Source: Euzebyales bacterium (lineage in GTDB: Bacteria; Actinomycetota; Nitriliruptoria; Euzebyales; JAHELV01). From it: a stretch of DNA of 64,000 nt. A model generated the notes under the pieces. The model did no database searches. It was not told the DNA's origin and worked only from the letters and a program-made list of their open reading frames with translations. Within the stretch, counting starts at the first letter, position 1. Each line of letters opens with the position of its first letter. Of this stretch, positions 29,415 through 38,996 are shown piece after piece. The stretch is taken from assembly GCA_036374135.1 (NCBI GenBank), contig DASUUK010000024.1, forward strand, positions 17,305-81,304, read 5' to 3'. The translations under genes were made by a program, and so were the position numbers.

Positions 29415-30565
29415 GAGAGGCGCCCCAGCACCTGACGTGCGATGACCACGCGCTGGATCTCCTGGGTGCCCTCGTAGATCTGGGTGATCTTGGCGTCCCG
29501 CATGAAGCGCTCGACCGGGTAGTCCTTCGTGTAGCCGTAGCCGCCGTGGAGCTGCACGGCGTCGGTGGTCACGGCCATCGCGACATCGCCCGCCTTGAGC
29601 TTGGCCATCGAGCTGTACAGCGTCAGGTCGTCGTCGCCGCGGTCGGCCTTCGCGGCGGCCGTGTAGACCAACTGGCGCGCGGCGGCCGTCTCGGTGACCA
29701 TGTCGGCGAGCTTGAACTGCACGCCCTGGAACGCGCCGACCGGCCGGCCGAACTGCCTCCGCTGGGCGACGTAGGCGCTCGCCGCGTCAATGGCGCCCTG
29801 GGCGATGCCGACCGCCTGCGCGCCGACGACCAGCCGGGTGTGGTCGAACGCCTGCATCGCGTAGAAAAAGCCCCGGTCCTGCTCGCCGAGGAGGCGGTCG
29901 CCGGGGATGCGGCAGTCGTCGAAGTGCACCTGGCAGGTCGGCGATCCCTTGATGCCCAGCTTGTCCTCGGCCCTGCCGACCGAGAATCCCGGGTCGTCGT
30001 GACGGACGTAGAATGCGCTGACCCCGCGTGCACCCGCGTCGGGATCGGTCTTCGCCAGCACGGTGAACGCCTGCGACGCCGACGCCATCGAGATCCACGT
30101 CTTGGTGCCGTTGAGCACCCAGTCGTCCCCGTCACGCACGGCGGTCGTGCGCATCGATGCGGGATCCGAGCCCGCCTCGGCCTCCGAGATGCAGTAGCTG
30201 ATCAGGTCCTCGCCGGAGGCGATGGCCGGGAACCAGCGCTGCTTCTGCTCGTGGCTGGCGGCCATGAGCAGCGGCATGCTGCCCAGCTTCTGCACGAGCG
30301 GGATCACCGATGACGACGCGCAGACCCGCGCGACCTCCTCGACCAGCAGGCAGAACGTGAGCGTGTCCGCGCCCGACCCGCCGTACTCGGTGGGGACGTG
30401 CAGGCCCAGCAACCCGTTGTCGGCCAGCGTCTTGGCGACGTCGCTCGGGAACTCACCGCTCCGGTCGATCTCCGCCGCCCGCGGGGCGATCCGGTCAGCA
30501 CAGATCTCGCGGACCACGTCGCGGAACGCCAAATGCTCCTCGGTCAGTACGAAGCCGTCGGCCAT
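29411..30565 (-). CDS. Acyl-CoA dehydrogenase
   Basis: 384 aa with ACAD motifs (CISEAEAGSDPASM, QLHGGYGYTKDYPVERFMRDAKITQIYEGTQEIQ). Confidence 0.92.
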   Translation of the reverse strand: MADGFVLTEEHLAFRDVVREICADRIAPRAAEIDRSGEFPSDVAKTLADNGLLGLHVPTEYGGSGADTLTFCLLVEEVARVCASSSVIPLVQKLGSMPLLMAASHEQKQRWFPAIASGEDLISYCISEAEAGSDPASMRTTAVRDGDDWVLNGTKTWISMASASQAFTVLAKTDPDAGARGVSAFYVRHDDPGFSVGRAEDKLGIKGSPTCQVHFDDCRIPGDRLLGEQDRGFFYAMQAFDHTRLVVGAQAVGIAQGAIDAASAYVAQRRQFGRPVGAFQGVQFKLADMVTETAAARQLVYTAAAKADRGDDDLTLYSSMAKLKAGDVAMAVTTDAVQLHGGYGYTKDYPVERFMRDAKITQIYEGTQEIQRVVIARQVLGRLS

Positions 30566-30729
30566 GGCACCTCCAACCTTCGCCCGTTCTGACCGCAGGC
30601 TACCGTCGGGACCCGCGCTCCGGGCGCCGCGGGCCGGACGCCATCGGGACGCTCGCCGTGCCGCTCATGTCCGTCGGTGACGCCGCGACCACGCGCCAGC
30701 GCGGCGCCACCACCTAGACTCCGGTCGCC

Positions 30730-31965
30730 GTGCGCCGTCTGCAGCCGTTCAGACACGCCGTGCGACGGATGCTGTCGCACTGGTCGGCGGAGCGTGCCAC
30801 ATTGCGGCAGGGCGTGACGGCGTTGACGATCTGCATCACCGTCACGCTGTTCGCCGGCATCATCCTCGGTGGGATGGAGGGCACGCTGGCCGACACGCCG
30901 GGGCTGCTCGTGCTGGTGCCGTCGGCCATCGGCATGCGCGGAGCGATCTTCGGCGCGCTGGGCGCCCGACTGGGAACCGGCATGTTGATGGGCCAGTTCA
31001 CGACGGATCTGCGACGCGGCAGCTTCCTCGCCGACAACATCGAGGCGGCGCTGCTGGTGTCGCTGTCGACCGCCGCGCTGACCGGTGCGCTGGCGGCCGG
31101 CTCGTCCGCCCTGTTCGGGCTCCAGGCCGTCGACGTGTTCCAACTGGTGATCGTCTCGGCGGTCGGCGCGGTGCTGTCGAGCGCGGTCGTTCTCGCGGTC
31201 ACGCTCGCGCTGGCCCGCACCGCGCAGGCGCGCAGCTGGGACATGGACGCCATCGGAACGCCGGTGATCAGCGCGACCGCCGACATCTCGACGCTGCCGG
31301 CGCTGCTGCTCGGCGTGCTGCTGCTCGGTTCACCGATCGTCCACGTGGTCCTCGGTGGAGCGCTGATCGTGGCGGCGGTCGTCGCCGCCGTCTACGGCGT
31401 GCGCCATCCCAGCCCGCTCGCACGCACGATCGTGCGCGAGAGCACGCCCGTGCTGTGCTACGCGGCGGTGATGGGTGTGCTGGCGGGAACCGTGCTGGAG
31501 ACGCGGTTGGACACGCTGATCGCCGATCCCGCCCTGCTCGTCGCGATCCCGCCGTTCATCGCCTCGTCGGGCGCGCTCGGTGGCATCCTCTCGGCCCGCC
31601 TGTCCTCGCAGCTGCACACCGGTCTGCTGCAGCCGGACCGCGCGCCGAGCGGGAGGGCGATGCTGGAGGGCAGCATGACCGTCCTGCTGGGGCTGATCGG
31701 CTTCACGGTCGTGGGGCTCGCGACGCGGGTGGGCGCCGCGGTGTTCCGCATCAGCTCGCCCTCCACGGCGGCGCTGGTGGGTGCCGTGGACATCGGTGGC
31801 CTGCTGTCGATCGCAGTGGTGTTCGTGGTCGCGTACTACGCCGCCACCGCGTCGTACCGGTTCGGGCTCGACCCCGACACGTCGAGCATCCCGATCGTCA
31901 CATCGAGCATCGACTTTCTCGGCATCCTCTGTCTTGTGATCGGCATCGCAGTGGTAGGACTCTGA
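30730..31965 (+). CDS. MgtE/SLC41-like divalent-cation channel, two transmembrane repeats, no cytosolic N/CBS domain
   Basis: Two copies of the MgtE TM signature are present (PSAIGMRGAIFGALGARLGT and ASSGALGGILSARLSSQLHT, each followed by D..G/T.P.I.). GTG start. The whole protein is hydrophobic. Confidence 0.8.
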   Translation: MRRLQPFRHAVRRMLSHWSAERATLRQGVTALTICITVTLFAGIILGGMEGTLADTPGLLVLVPSAIGMRGAIFGALGARLGTGMLMGQFTTDLRRGSFLADNIEAALLVSLSTAALTGALAAGSSALFGLQAVDVFQLVIVSAVGAVLSSAVVLAVTLALARTAQARSWDMDAIGTPVISATADISTLPALLLGVLLLGSPIVHVVLGGALIVAAVVAAVYGVRHPSPLARTIVRESTPVLCYAAVMGVLAGTVLETRLDTLIADPALLVAIPPFIASSGALGGILSARLSSQLHTGLLQPDRAPSGRAMLEGSMTVLLGLIGFTVVGLATRVGAAVFRISSPSTAALVGAVDIGGLLSIAVVFVVAYYAATASYRFGLDPDTSSIPIVTSSIDFLGILCLVIGIAVVGL

Positions 31966-31970
31966 TACTC

Positions 31971-32006
31971 ATGACCTCAAGTAGCGAAGCGGCAGGTCAC
32001 GACCTG
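31971..32006 (+). repeat. Copy A of a 36-nt element ATGACCTCAAGYAGCGAAGCGGYAGGTCACGACCWG
   Basis: Identical at 33 of 36 positions to 43145-43180. It contains the hairpin TGACCT-N16-AGGTCA, and two of the three differences fall in the loop. It starts 5 nt after the MgtE-like stop codon and opens a 22-codon ORF (31971..32039) ending TAGTG on the next gene start. Confidence 0.8.
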
Positions 32007-32038
32007 ACGTCACGTAGCGCAGCAGTGGGTCACGTGTA

Positions 32039-33241
32039 GTGCGCAACCTCAAGGAGCTGCTGACCGACGCCAAGGACGCGTCGGAACTGATGGTGGACCT
32101 GGCCTACGCCGCGGTCTTCTTCGACGACGACGACCTGGCGCGTGAGGTGATCCACCTCGAGGAGCGAATGGACCAGGCCGTCCGCGAGATGCGCATCGTG
32201 TGCATGCTCGCGAGCCGTTCGCCGGACGACGCCGAGGACATGGCCGCCATCCTCGGCATGGCCAACTCCATGGAGGAGATCGCCGACGCCGCCGAGGACA
32301 TCGCCAGGGTCGTGCTCAAAGACCTCGGCGTGCCCAGCGAGCTGCGCGACGACCTGCGCCACGCCGAGGAGGTGATGGCGCGGGTCAAGCTGCGGGACGG
32401 CAACGAGCTGGCCAACCGCACGCTGGCTGACGCCATGCTGCCCAGCGAGACGGGCATGTGGATCATCGCCCTGCGCCGCGACGTCGATTTCGTCTACGGC
32501 CCGGACGGCGACTTCGTGCTGGCCGACGGCGACGTCCTGATCCTCCAGGGACCACGCGACGGTGTCGACCTGGTCCGCGAGCTCGCCGGCGGCGACGCGT
32601 TCGGCCTACGCCCTCCCGCCGAGCAGGCCCGGCTGTCGAACCTCGACCGCGCGGTCGACCTGCTCGTCGAGCTCAAGAACATCGCCGAGGTCGCGGTCGG
32701 CATGGCCTACTCGGCGATCCTGTTCCGCGACGCGGGTCTGGCCTCCGAGGTGGGCCGGCTCGAGGACCGGTGTGACGACCTGTACCACGACCTGCAGCGC
32801 TGGGTGCTGCGGGCGGCGAGGGATCTGGACGACGACGACATCGATGAGTTGCGCGGACTGATGCAGATCGGGCAGTCCAGCGAGCGCATCGCCGACGCGG
32901 CGCAGGAGATGACACGTGTCGCGGAATCCGACGACGACCCGCACCCGGTCATCGCCGCCGCGCTGGCCGAGGCGGACGAGATCGTCAGCGATGCGATCGT
33001 CAACGAGGGATCGACCGCGGAGGGGCGCAGCCTGCGCGAGCTGACCATCGAGACCGAGACCGGGATGTACGTGCTGGCGATCCACCGCGGAGGACGGTGG
33101 ATCTACCGGCCCCGCGGCTACCGGGCGCTCGAGATGGGCGACCGTCTGCTGGCGACCGGTCCGGAGGAGGGCGTGGAACTGCTGCGGGAGCTCACCGGCG
33201 ATCCGCGACCGGCAGTCACCGAGGATGCCTTCGGCGCCTGA
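32039..33241 (+). CDS. Tandem PhoU-like / TrkA_C (RCK C-terminal) domain protein
   Basis: 400 aa built as 2 x [PhoU-like helical bundle (ASELMVDLAYAAVFF.., IAEVAVGMAYSAILF..) + TrkA_C (..GDVLILQGPRDGV.., ..GDRLLATGPEEGV..)]. GTG start at 32039. Confidence 0.8.
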   Translation: MRNLKELLTDAKDASELMVDLAYAAVFFDDDDLAREVIHLEERMDQAVREMRIVCMLASRSPDDAEDMAAILGMANSMEEIADAAEDIARVVLKDLGVPSELRDDLRHAEEVMARVKLRDGNELANRTLADAMLPSETGMWIIALRRDVDFVYGPDGDFVLADGDVLILQGPRDGVDLVRELAGGDAFGLRPPAEQARLSNLDRAVDLLVELKNIAEVAVGMAYSAILFRDAGLASEVGRLEDRCDDLYHDLQRWVLRAARDLDDDDIDELRGLMQIGQSSERIADAAQEMTRVAESDDDPHPVIAAALAEADEIVSDAIVNEGSTAEGRSLRELTIETETGMYVLAIHRGGRWIYRPRGYRALEMGDRLLATGPEEGVELLRELTGDPRPAVTEDAFGA

Positions 33242-33295
33242 CTCCGGCGCGATCCATCGGTCGGGACTGACCCAGCCGGCACTGCGCGACGCCGG

Positions 33296-34078
33296 TCAGC
33301 GGTACCGCACGTGGTGCACATCGCCGGCGTGCACGACCACGACGGCACGGCCGGTGTCGACCACCAGCCCGCCGTCGGCGCCGACGCCCGCAGCCGTGCC
33401 ATCGATCGCCGCGCCGTCGACCTGCTCGACGCGCACCGTCGCCCCCAGCGTCGCGCAGCGTTCACGGTAGGCCGGCAGGAAGCCCGTCGGGTCCGCCAGC
33501 CACGCGTCGTAGCGCACGTCCAGTCGTTCGATCAGCGACGGGAGCAGGCGCCAGCGGTCCACCGCGCCCCACCCGACCTCGGACAGCGACGTCGCGTCCA
33601 CAAGTTCGGCGGGGCGCTCGACGTCCCGCCAGTCGACGTTGACCCCGATCCCGGCGACGACCATGTCGGCGGATGGCACCTCGACGAGGATCCCCGCGCA
33701 CTTGCGTGCATCGGCCAACAGGTCGTTCGGCCACTTCAGGCTCAGCTGCGCACCCGACACGTTCTGCTCGCACGCCTCGGCCAGTGCCAGCCCGATCAGC
33801 AGTGGCAGCAGCGCGACCTGGGTGAGCGGCCGCTCCGGACGCAGCAGCAGCGAACCCATCAGCGACGTTCCCGGCGGCGCCGTCCACCGGCGACCCTGCC
33901 GTCCCCGGCCCGTGGTCTGCTCATCGGCCAGCACCAGCAACCCGGCCTCGGCACCGCCGGCCGCCCGGCGCGCCACCTCCGCGTTCGTCGATCCGATGCT
34001 GTCGAACCACAGCACGTGCGAGATCAGCGTCGGTCCGGTCACGAGGTGCTGCAGCACACTGCCCGGCGGTTGGCTCAC
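33296..34078 (-). CDS. birA: Biotin--[acetyl-CoA-carboxylase] ligase
   Basis: ADEQTTGRGRQGRRW, KWPNDL and CAGILVE are BirA motifs. The start is placed at GTG 34078 after GGAGGGGG. ATG 34162 is an alternative, and the track ORF (to 34372) overlaps pccB. Confidence 0.85.
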   Translation of the reverse strand: MSQPPGSVLQHLVTGPTLISHVLWFDSIGSTNAEVARRAAGGAEAGLLVLADEQTTGRGRQGRRWTAPPGTSLMGSLLLRPERPLTQVALLPLLIGLALAEACEQNVSGAQLSLKWPNDLLADARKCAGILVEVPSADMVVAGIGVNVDWRDVERPAELVDATSLSEVGWGAVDRWRLLPSLIERLDVRYDAWLADPTGFLPAYRERCATLGATVRVEQVDGAAIDGTAAGVGADGGLVVDTGRAVVVVHAGDVHHVRYR

Positions 34079-34259
34079 GACCCCCTCCACACGCTCGACA
34101 CACCAGACGCTACCTTGCCCGACGCCGCCGCGGTCGTGGTGACCCGTGTGCCGTGCGAGCATGACGTGGCGCCCGGTCGTGGCCGGTGCGGACACAATGT
34201 GCAGCCGTAGCTGGACGTGACCACGTGCTGCGGGGCAGTCATCGGCGAAAGGCGATGCG

Positions 34260-35816
34260 TTGACGGACACGACCGCCGAGAAGCTCGCCGAGCTGCGCCG
34301 CCGCATCCACGAGGCGGAGCATGCGGGCAGCGAGCGCGCCATCGCCAAACAGCACGAGAAGGGCAAGCTCACCGCCCGCGAGCGCCTCGACCTGCTGCTC
34401 GATCCCGGATCGTTCGTCGAGCTCGACAGCCTCGCCGTGCACCGTGCCCGGGGGTTCGGCGTCGAGGACCGCAGGATCTACGGTGACGGCGTGGTCACCG
34501 GGTACGGAACGGTCGACGGTCGGCAGGTCGGCGTGTTCAGCCAGGACTTCACCGTGTTCGGCGGCTCGCTGGGCGAGGTGTTCGCCGAGAAGATCTGCAA
34601 GGTCATGGACATGTGCGTGCGCATGGGCGTGCCCATGATCGGCATCAACGACTCCGGTGGCGCCCGCATCCAGGAGGGCGTCGTGGCGCTGGGTGGCTAC
34701 GGCGAGATCTTCTTCCGCAACGTCCAGGCGTCCGGCGTCATCCCGCAGATCTCGGCGGTCATGGGTCCGTGCGCGGGGGGTGCGGTCTACTCCCCGGCCA
34801 TGACGGACTTCGTCCTGATGGTCCGCGAGACGTCGCACATGTTCATCACCGGTCCGGAGGTGATCAAGACCGTCACGGGCGAGGACGTGTCGTTCGAGGA
34901 GCTGGGCGGCGCCATGGCGCACAGCACACGGTCCGGCGTGGCCCACGTCGCGGCAGACGACGAACAGACCTGCCTCGACGACATCCGGTTCCTGCTCGGC
35001 TACCTGCCGCAGAACAACCTGGAGGATCCACCGCGCCTGCCGGCCACCGATGACCCGGAACGGCTGGACCCCGGCCTGGACGGCTTCATGCCGGACTCGG
35101 CCAACGTCCCCTACGACGTGCGCGAGATCGTCGCTCGCGTCGTCGACGACGGCGAGTTCTTCGAGGTGCACCCGCACTGGGCGCCCAACATCGTGGTCGG
35201 CTTCGCGCGCCTGGACGGCACGTCGGTCGGCATCGTGGCGAATCAGCCGATGCACCTGGCCGGCGTGCTCGACACCGAGTCGTCGCAGAAGGGGGCACGG
35301 TTCGTGCGCACGTGCGACGCCTTCAACATCCCGATCGTGACCTTCGTCGACGTCCCGGGGTTCATGCCCGGCACGGACCAGGAGTGGGGCGGCATCATCC
35401 GCCACGGCGCCAAGCTGCTGTACGCCTACTGCGAGGCCACCGTGCCCAAGCTGACGGTCATCCTGCGGAAGGCCTACGGCGGGGCGTACGACGTGATGGG
35501 CTCCACGCACGCGGGCGCCGACATGAACTACGCGTGGCCGACCGCCGAGATCGCGGTCATGGGCGCGCAGGGCGCCGTCAACATCCTGCACCGCCGGGAG
35601 CTCGCGGCGGTGCAGGATGTCGACGCGGCACGCGCCGCCTTCGTCGCGCAGTACCAGGCCGAGCTGGCGAACCCGTGGCGCGCGGCCGAGCGCGGCTACC
35701 TCGACGCGGTGATCGAGCCCTCCGAAACCCGACCCAAGCTGGTCAAGGCGCTGCACCTGGCCAGCACCAAGCGGGTGCAGCGCCCCCCGCGCAAGCACGG
35801 CAACATCCCGCTGTGA
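34260..35816 (+). CDS. pccB: Acyl-CoA (propionyl/acetyl) carboxylase carboxyltransferase beta subunit
   Basis: 518 aa with carboxyl_trans motifs ([47 protein letters not shown]). TTG start. Confidence 0.93.
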   Translation: MTDTTAEKLAELRRRIHEAEHAGSERAIAKQHEKGKLTARERLDLLLDPGSFVELDSLAVHRARGFGVEDRRIYGDGVVTGYGTVDGRQVGVFSQDFTVFGGSLGEVFAEKICKVMDMCVRMGVPMIGINDSGGARIQEGVVALGGYGEIFFRNVQASGVIPQISAVMGPCAGGAVYSPAMTDFVLMVRETSHMFITGPEVIKTVTGEDVSFEELGGAMAHSTRSGVAHVAADDEQTCLDDIRFLLGYLPQNNLEDPPRLPATDDPERLDPGLDGFMPDSANVPYDVREIVARVVDDGEFFEVHPHWAPNIVVGFARLDGTSVGIVANQPMHLAGVLDTESSQKGARFVRTCDAFNIPIVTFVDVPGFMPGTDQEWGGIIRHGAKLLYAYCEATVPKLTVILRKAYGGAYDVMGSTHAGADMNYAWPTAEIAVMGAQGAVNILHRRELAAVQDVDAARAAFVAQYQAELANPWRAAERGYLDAVIEPSETRPKLVKALHLASTKRVQRPPRKHGNIPL

Positions 35817-35891
35817 CCGGCACCGAGGCCGGATCCGGCGCAACCCTTGGGGACCGTGATCGCCGACGCGCCGAGGTGTCCGCGGACGCGC

Positions 35892-36269
35892 TCAGCCGGC
35901 GGCCGAGGCGACGCACTCGGGCAGCCAGCCGTCAAAGGACGGCTCGTCCACGGCCGGCAGCTCGACCAGCCACTCGAACGTCATGCCGGGCGACAGCGCC
36001 ACCGGCCCGAACGACGCCGCCGTGGACAGGTGCGCGCCGTCCTCACCGATCGCGTGCACCTCGCACAGCCCCTTGCCGTCACGGGTGCCCTGGCTCTCGG
36101 CGCGCAGCACGAAGCAGTTCGCGGCGTCCGAGCTCTCCGGGCACGCGGTCTCGTCGAACGCCGTCCATTCCATCGCGGGATCGGCCCCGCTCGGCGCGCA
36201 CGCCGCCAGCGCGCTGACGAGCAGCACGGATCCGAGCCTCCGACTGGTGAACGTCGCCCCTCGCCGCAT
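35892..36269 (-). CDS. Small lipoprotein of unknown function
   Basis: 125 aa with a lipobox (LLVSALAAC), four further Cys and near-saturated GC3. It lies antisense between pccB and accE. Confidence 0.6.
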   Translation of the reverse strand: MRRGATFTSRRLGSVLLVSALAACAPSGADPAMEWTAFDETACPESSDAANCFVLRAESQGTRDGKGLCEVHAIGEDGAHLSTAASFGPVALSPGMTFEWLVELPAVDEPSFDGWLPECVASAAG

Positions 36270-36368
36270 GATGCCGACTCACCCTAGCGGACCGGGCCGT
36301 CATGCACGACCTGTCGCACAGGTTGGAACAGGCGTCGTGCGGGCCGGACCGTGCGAGACTTGCGAACC

Positions 36369-36575
36369 ATGACCGGCCCACGCATCGTCATCCTCGACGG
36401 CGACGCCACCGATCTGGAGATCGCGGCCGTGACGGCAGCGCTCGACGCGCGGCGACGGGACAGCGTCGCCACGAAGCAGCCGTCGCCCCGGCGTCCGTCG
36501 CGCTGGGTCCGCGCCGCGCGCCTCGAGTCGCGCGGCCACCCACCGATCGAGAGCCCGTCCGAGCTCAGCCGCTGA
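36369..36575 (+). CDS. accE: Acyl-CoA carboxylase epsilon subunit
   Basis: MTGPRIVILDGDATDLEIAAVTAALDARRR...SRWVRAARLESRG fits the short AccE pattern. The start could also be GTG 36351. Its 3' end overlaps the cupredoxin gene 3' end by 11 nt. Confidence 0.6.
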   Translation: MTGPRIVILDGDATDLEIAAVTAALDARRRDSVATKQPSPRRPSRWVRAARLESRGHPPIESPSELSR

Positions 36576-37014
36576 CCGTCAGCGCGCCCTCCATGGTCGC
36601 CCGGTGGCCGGGTACGTCGCAGTAGTACGTGTACTCGCCGGCCTCGAACTCGACGGTGGCGCTGTCGGTGCCGCCGCCCGGCGCTTCGAGGATCTTCTCG
36701 TCACCGAGCTCCTCGATCACGACGTTGTGCTCGATGGCGCCCTGGTTGTCGAACTCGACCTCGACCGGGCCCGCGGGCACCTCCTGTGGCGCGTCCGCGT
36801 ACTCGATGTCGATGGCGACCCAGGTGGCCGGACTACCGCCGCCCTCGCCACCGCCGCCTTCGTCACCGCCCTCGGCGGACTCGGTCGCCTGCATCGCCTC
36901 CCGCTGCACGGCGGCGACCTGCTCGACCTCGGCGATCTTCGGCTCGGAGCTCAGGCAGCCCGCCAGCAGCAGACCGGTCACGACGGTCAGGATGATGCGC
37001 AGCGGTCGCCCCAT
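36565..37014 (-). CDS. Cupredoxin (plastocyanin/azurin-like type-1 copper) lipoprotein
   Basis: Lipobox LLLAGC, a Gly/Glu linker, and a copper site: H (AIEHNVVI) plus C-x2-H-x4-M (YYCDVPGHRATM). Confidence 0.8.
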   Translation of the reverse strand: MGRPLRIILTVVTGLLLAGCLSSEPKIAEVEQVAAVQREAMQATESAEGGDEGGGGEGGGSPATWVAIDIEYADAPQEVPAGPVEVEFDNQGAIEHNVVIEELGDEKILEAPGGGTDSATVEFEAGEYTYYCDVPGHRATMEGALTVSG

Positions 37015-37169
37015 CGGGTGCAGTCCTCATTGATCGCGGCTGGGATCCCGCCGACGACGATCACCACAGCATCGGCGGAAGACGGCGGCATTGTAGCGCC
37101 GGTTCGCACGCGACCGCGTTGGACAGCCCACCGCCCGTCGACGACGCCGGCGGAGCCCGGCCAAGTAGC

Positions 37170-38975
37170 ATGCGTCTGCCCACCCGTGTCCACGTGAAGG
37201 TTGCCTCCGTCGTGCCCGCACCCACGCCGCCGCTGGCCTCGGTCCTGGTCGCCAACCGTGGCGAGATCGCCTGGCGCATCTTCCGCGCGTGCCGCGAGCT
37301 GGACATCCGGACCATCGGCGTCTACTCGGAGGTCGACCGGGGCGCCCCGTGGCTGACCGGCGTCGACGACGCGTTCCTGCTGGGTCCGGCGCCACCCGCG
37401 GAGAGCTACCTGCACCTGGAGCGTGTGCTGGCCGTGGCCGAGCGGTCCGGCGCGACCGCTGTCCACCCCGGCTACGGCTTCCTGTCCGAGAGCGCTGATG
37501 CGGCGCGCGCCGTGACCGACGCCGGCCTCGTGTGGGTCGGTCCGCGTCCGGACGCCATCACCGCGATGGGGGACAAGCTGTCGGCGCGGGCCAACGCCCG
37601 GGCCGCCGGTGTGCCGGTGGTGCCCGGCACGCACGAACCGACCGAGGACGCGGACGTCGTGCGCGACTTCGCCGCGGAGCACGGCTATCCCGTCGCCGTC
37701 AAGGCCGCGTTCGGCGGAGGCGGCCGCGGCCTGCGCGTCGTCGACGCACCCGAGCAGCTCGACGAGGCGCTCGAGGCGGCGAGACGTGAGGCGGTCGCGT
37801 CGTTCGGCCGGGGCGAGGTGTACGTCGAGCGGTACCTGCGCCGTCCCCGCCACGTCGAAGCCCAGGTCCTCGCCGATGAGCACGGCACGTGCCTGTTCCT
37901 GGGCGAGCGCGACTGCTCGACGCAGCGGCGCCACCAGAAGCTGATCGAGGAGGCGCCGGCGCCGGGCCTCGACGAGGCGCTGCGGCGCGACCTCGGGGCG
38001 GCCGCCGTCGCGGTGAGCCGCGAGGTCGGCTACACCGGCGCCGGCACCGTGGAGTTCCTCGTCGAGGACGGACGGTTCTACTTCCTCGAGATGAACACGC
38101 GCCTCCAGGTCGAGCACCCCGTCACCGAACTGGTGACCGGCATCGATCTGGTGCACTGGCAGCTGAGGGTCGCGGCCGGCCAGGCACTGCCGTGGACCGC
38201 CGACGACCTCGTGCCCAGGGGGCACGCCATCGAGGTGCGCATCAATGCCGAGCGGCCGGCTGCGGGCTTCGCCCCGGCGGCTGGCCGGATCACCCGCTGG
38301 GAACAGCCCGCCGGTCCCGGTGTCCGCGTCGATGCCGGCGTTGTCGCCGGCTGGGACGTGCCGTCGATGTACGACTCGCTGCTCGCCAAGTTGATCGCCT
38401 ACGGAGCCGACCGTGATCATGCGCGGCGCACGCTGGCACGCGCGGTGGACGAGTTCGTGGTCGAAGGCGTTCCCACGACCCTGCCGTTCCACCGCCTCGC
38501 GCTCGCGCACCCCGACATGGTCGCCGGCACGGTGTCGACGATCAGCGTGGAGCAGGAGTGGGATCTGAGCGTGCTGCCACCGGACACGGACGCGGTACCC
38601 GCCGACGGCCCGGAGGCGCCGTCACGGACCTACACGGTCGAGATCGATGGTCGCGCGCTGCAGGTCGCGGTGTTCGCCGACGACGATGCCGACCGGAACG
38701 GCACACCGCGGCGGCGCCGGCGGAGGGCATCCTCGGTCGGCGGCAGTGACGACGCCCGCGTGACGGCGCCCATGCAGGGCACCGTGGTCAAGCTGGCGGC
38801 CGCCGTCGGCGACGCGGTCGAGGCCGGCGAGCTGGTCCTGGTCCTCGAGGCGATGAAGATGGAGAACCACGTGCTCGCGCACCGCGACGGCGTGATCGGC
38901 ACGGTGTTCGTCGAACCGGGTGCCGTGGTCCAGCAGGGCGACCCGCTGTTCACCGTCGACACGGTCGACACCTGA
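37170..38975 (+). CDS. accA: Acyl-CoA carboxylase alpha subunit (biotin carboxylase + BCCP)
   Basis: VLVANRGEIAWRIFRAC, an ATP-grasp core (EMNTRLQVEHPVTE) and the biotinylation motif EAMKMEN. The start is uncertain (ATG 37170, GTG a few codons later, or track start 37119). Confidence 0.92.
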   Translation: MRLPTRVHVKVASVVPAPTPPLASVLVANRGEIAWRIFRACRELDIRTIGVYSEVDRGAPWLTGVDDAFLLGPAPPAESYLHLERVLAVAERSGATAVHPGYGFLSESADAARAVTDAGLVWVGPRPDAITAMGDKLSARANARAAGVPVVPGTHEPTEDADVVRDFAAEHGYPVAVKAAFGGGGRGLRVVDAPEQLDEALEAARREAVASFGRGEVYVERYLRRPRHVEAQVLADEHGTCLFLGERDCSTQRRHQKLIEEAPAPGLDEALRRDLGAAAVAVSREVGYTGAGTVEFLVEDGRFYFLEMNTRLQVEHPVTELVTGIDLVHWQLRVAAGQALPWTADDLVPRGHAIEVRINAERPAAGFAPAAGRITRWEQPAGPGVRVDAGVVAGWDVPSMYDSLLAKLIAYGADRDHARRTLARAVDEFVVEGVPTTLPFHRLALAHPDMVAGTVSTISVEQEWDLSVLPPDTDAVPADGPEAPSRTYTVEIDGRALQVAVFADDDADRNGTPRRRRRRASSVGGSDDARVTAPMQGTVVKLAAAVGDAVEAGELVLVLEAMKMENHVLAHRDGVIGTVFVEPGAVVQQGDPLFTVDTVDT

Positions 38976-38996
38976 GCGACCCGGCCGGTCCCGGCC

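Noticed and set aside
30566-30729. Looked for an M-box or other riboswitch upstream of the MgtE-like gene
   Set aside because: I could not recognise any conserved M-box core or convincing multi-stem architecture by eye, and the region is GC-rich and short. A covariance-model scan would be needed to be certain.
36351-36368. Alternative GTG start for accE (MRDLRT...)
   Set aside because: There is no Shine-Dalgarno for either start. I chose the ATG at 36369 because AccE proteins typically begin just before the hydrophobic I-V-I segment. This is uncertain.
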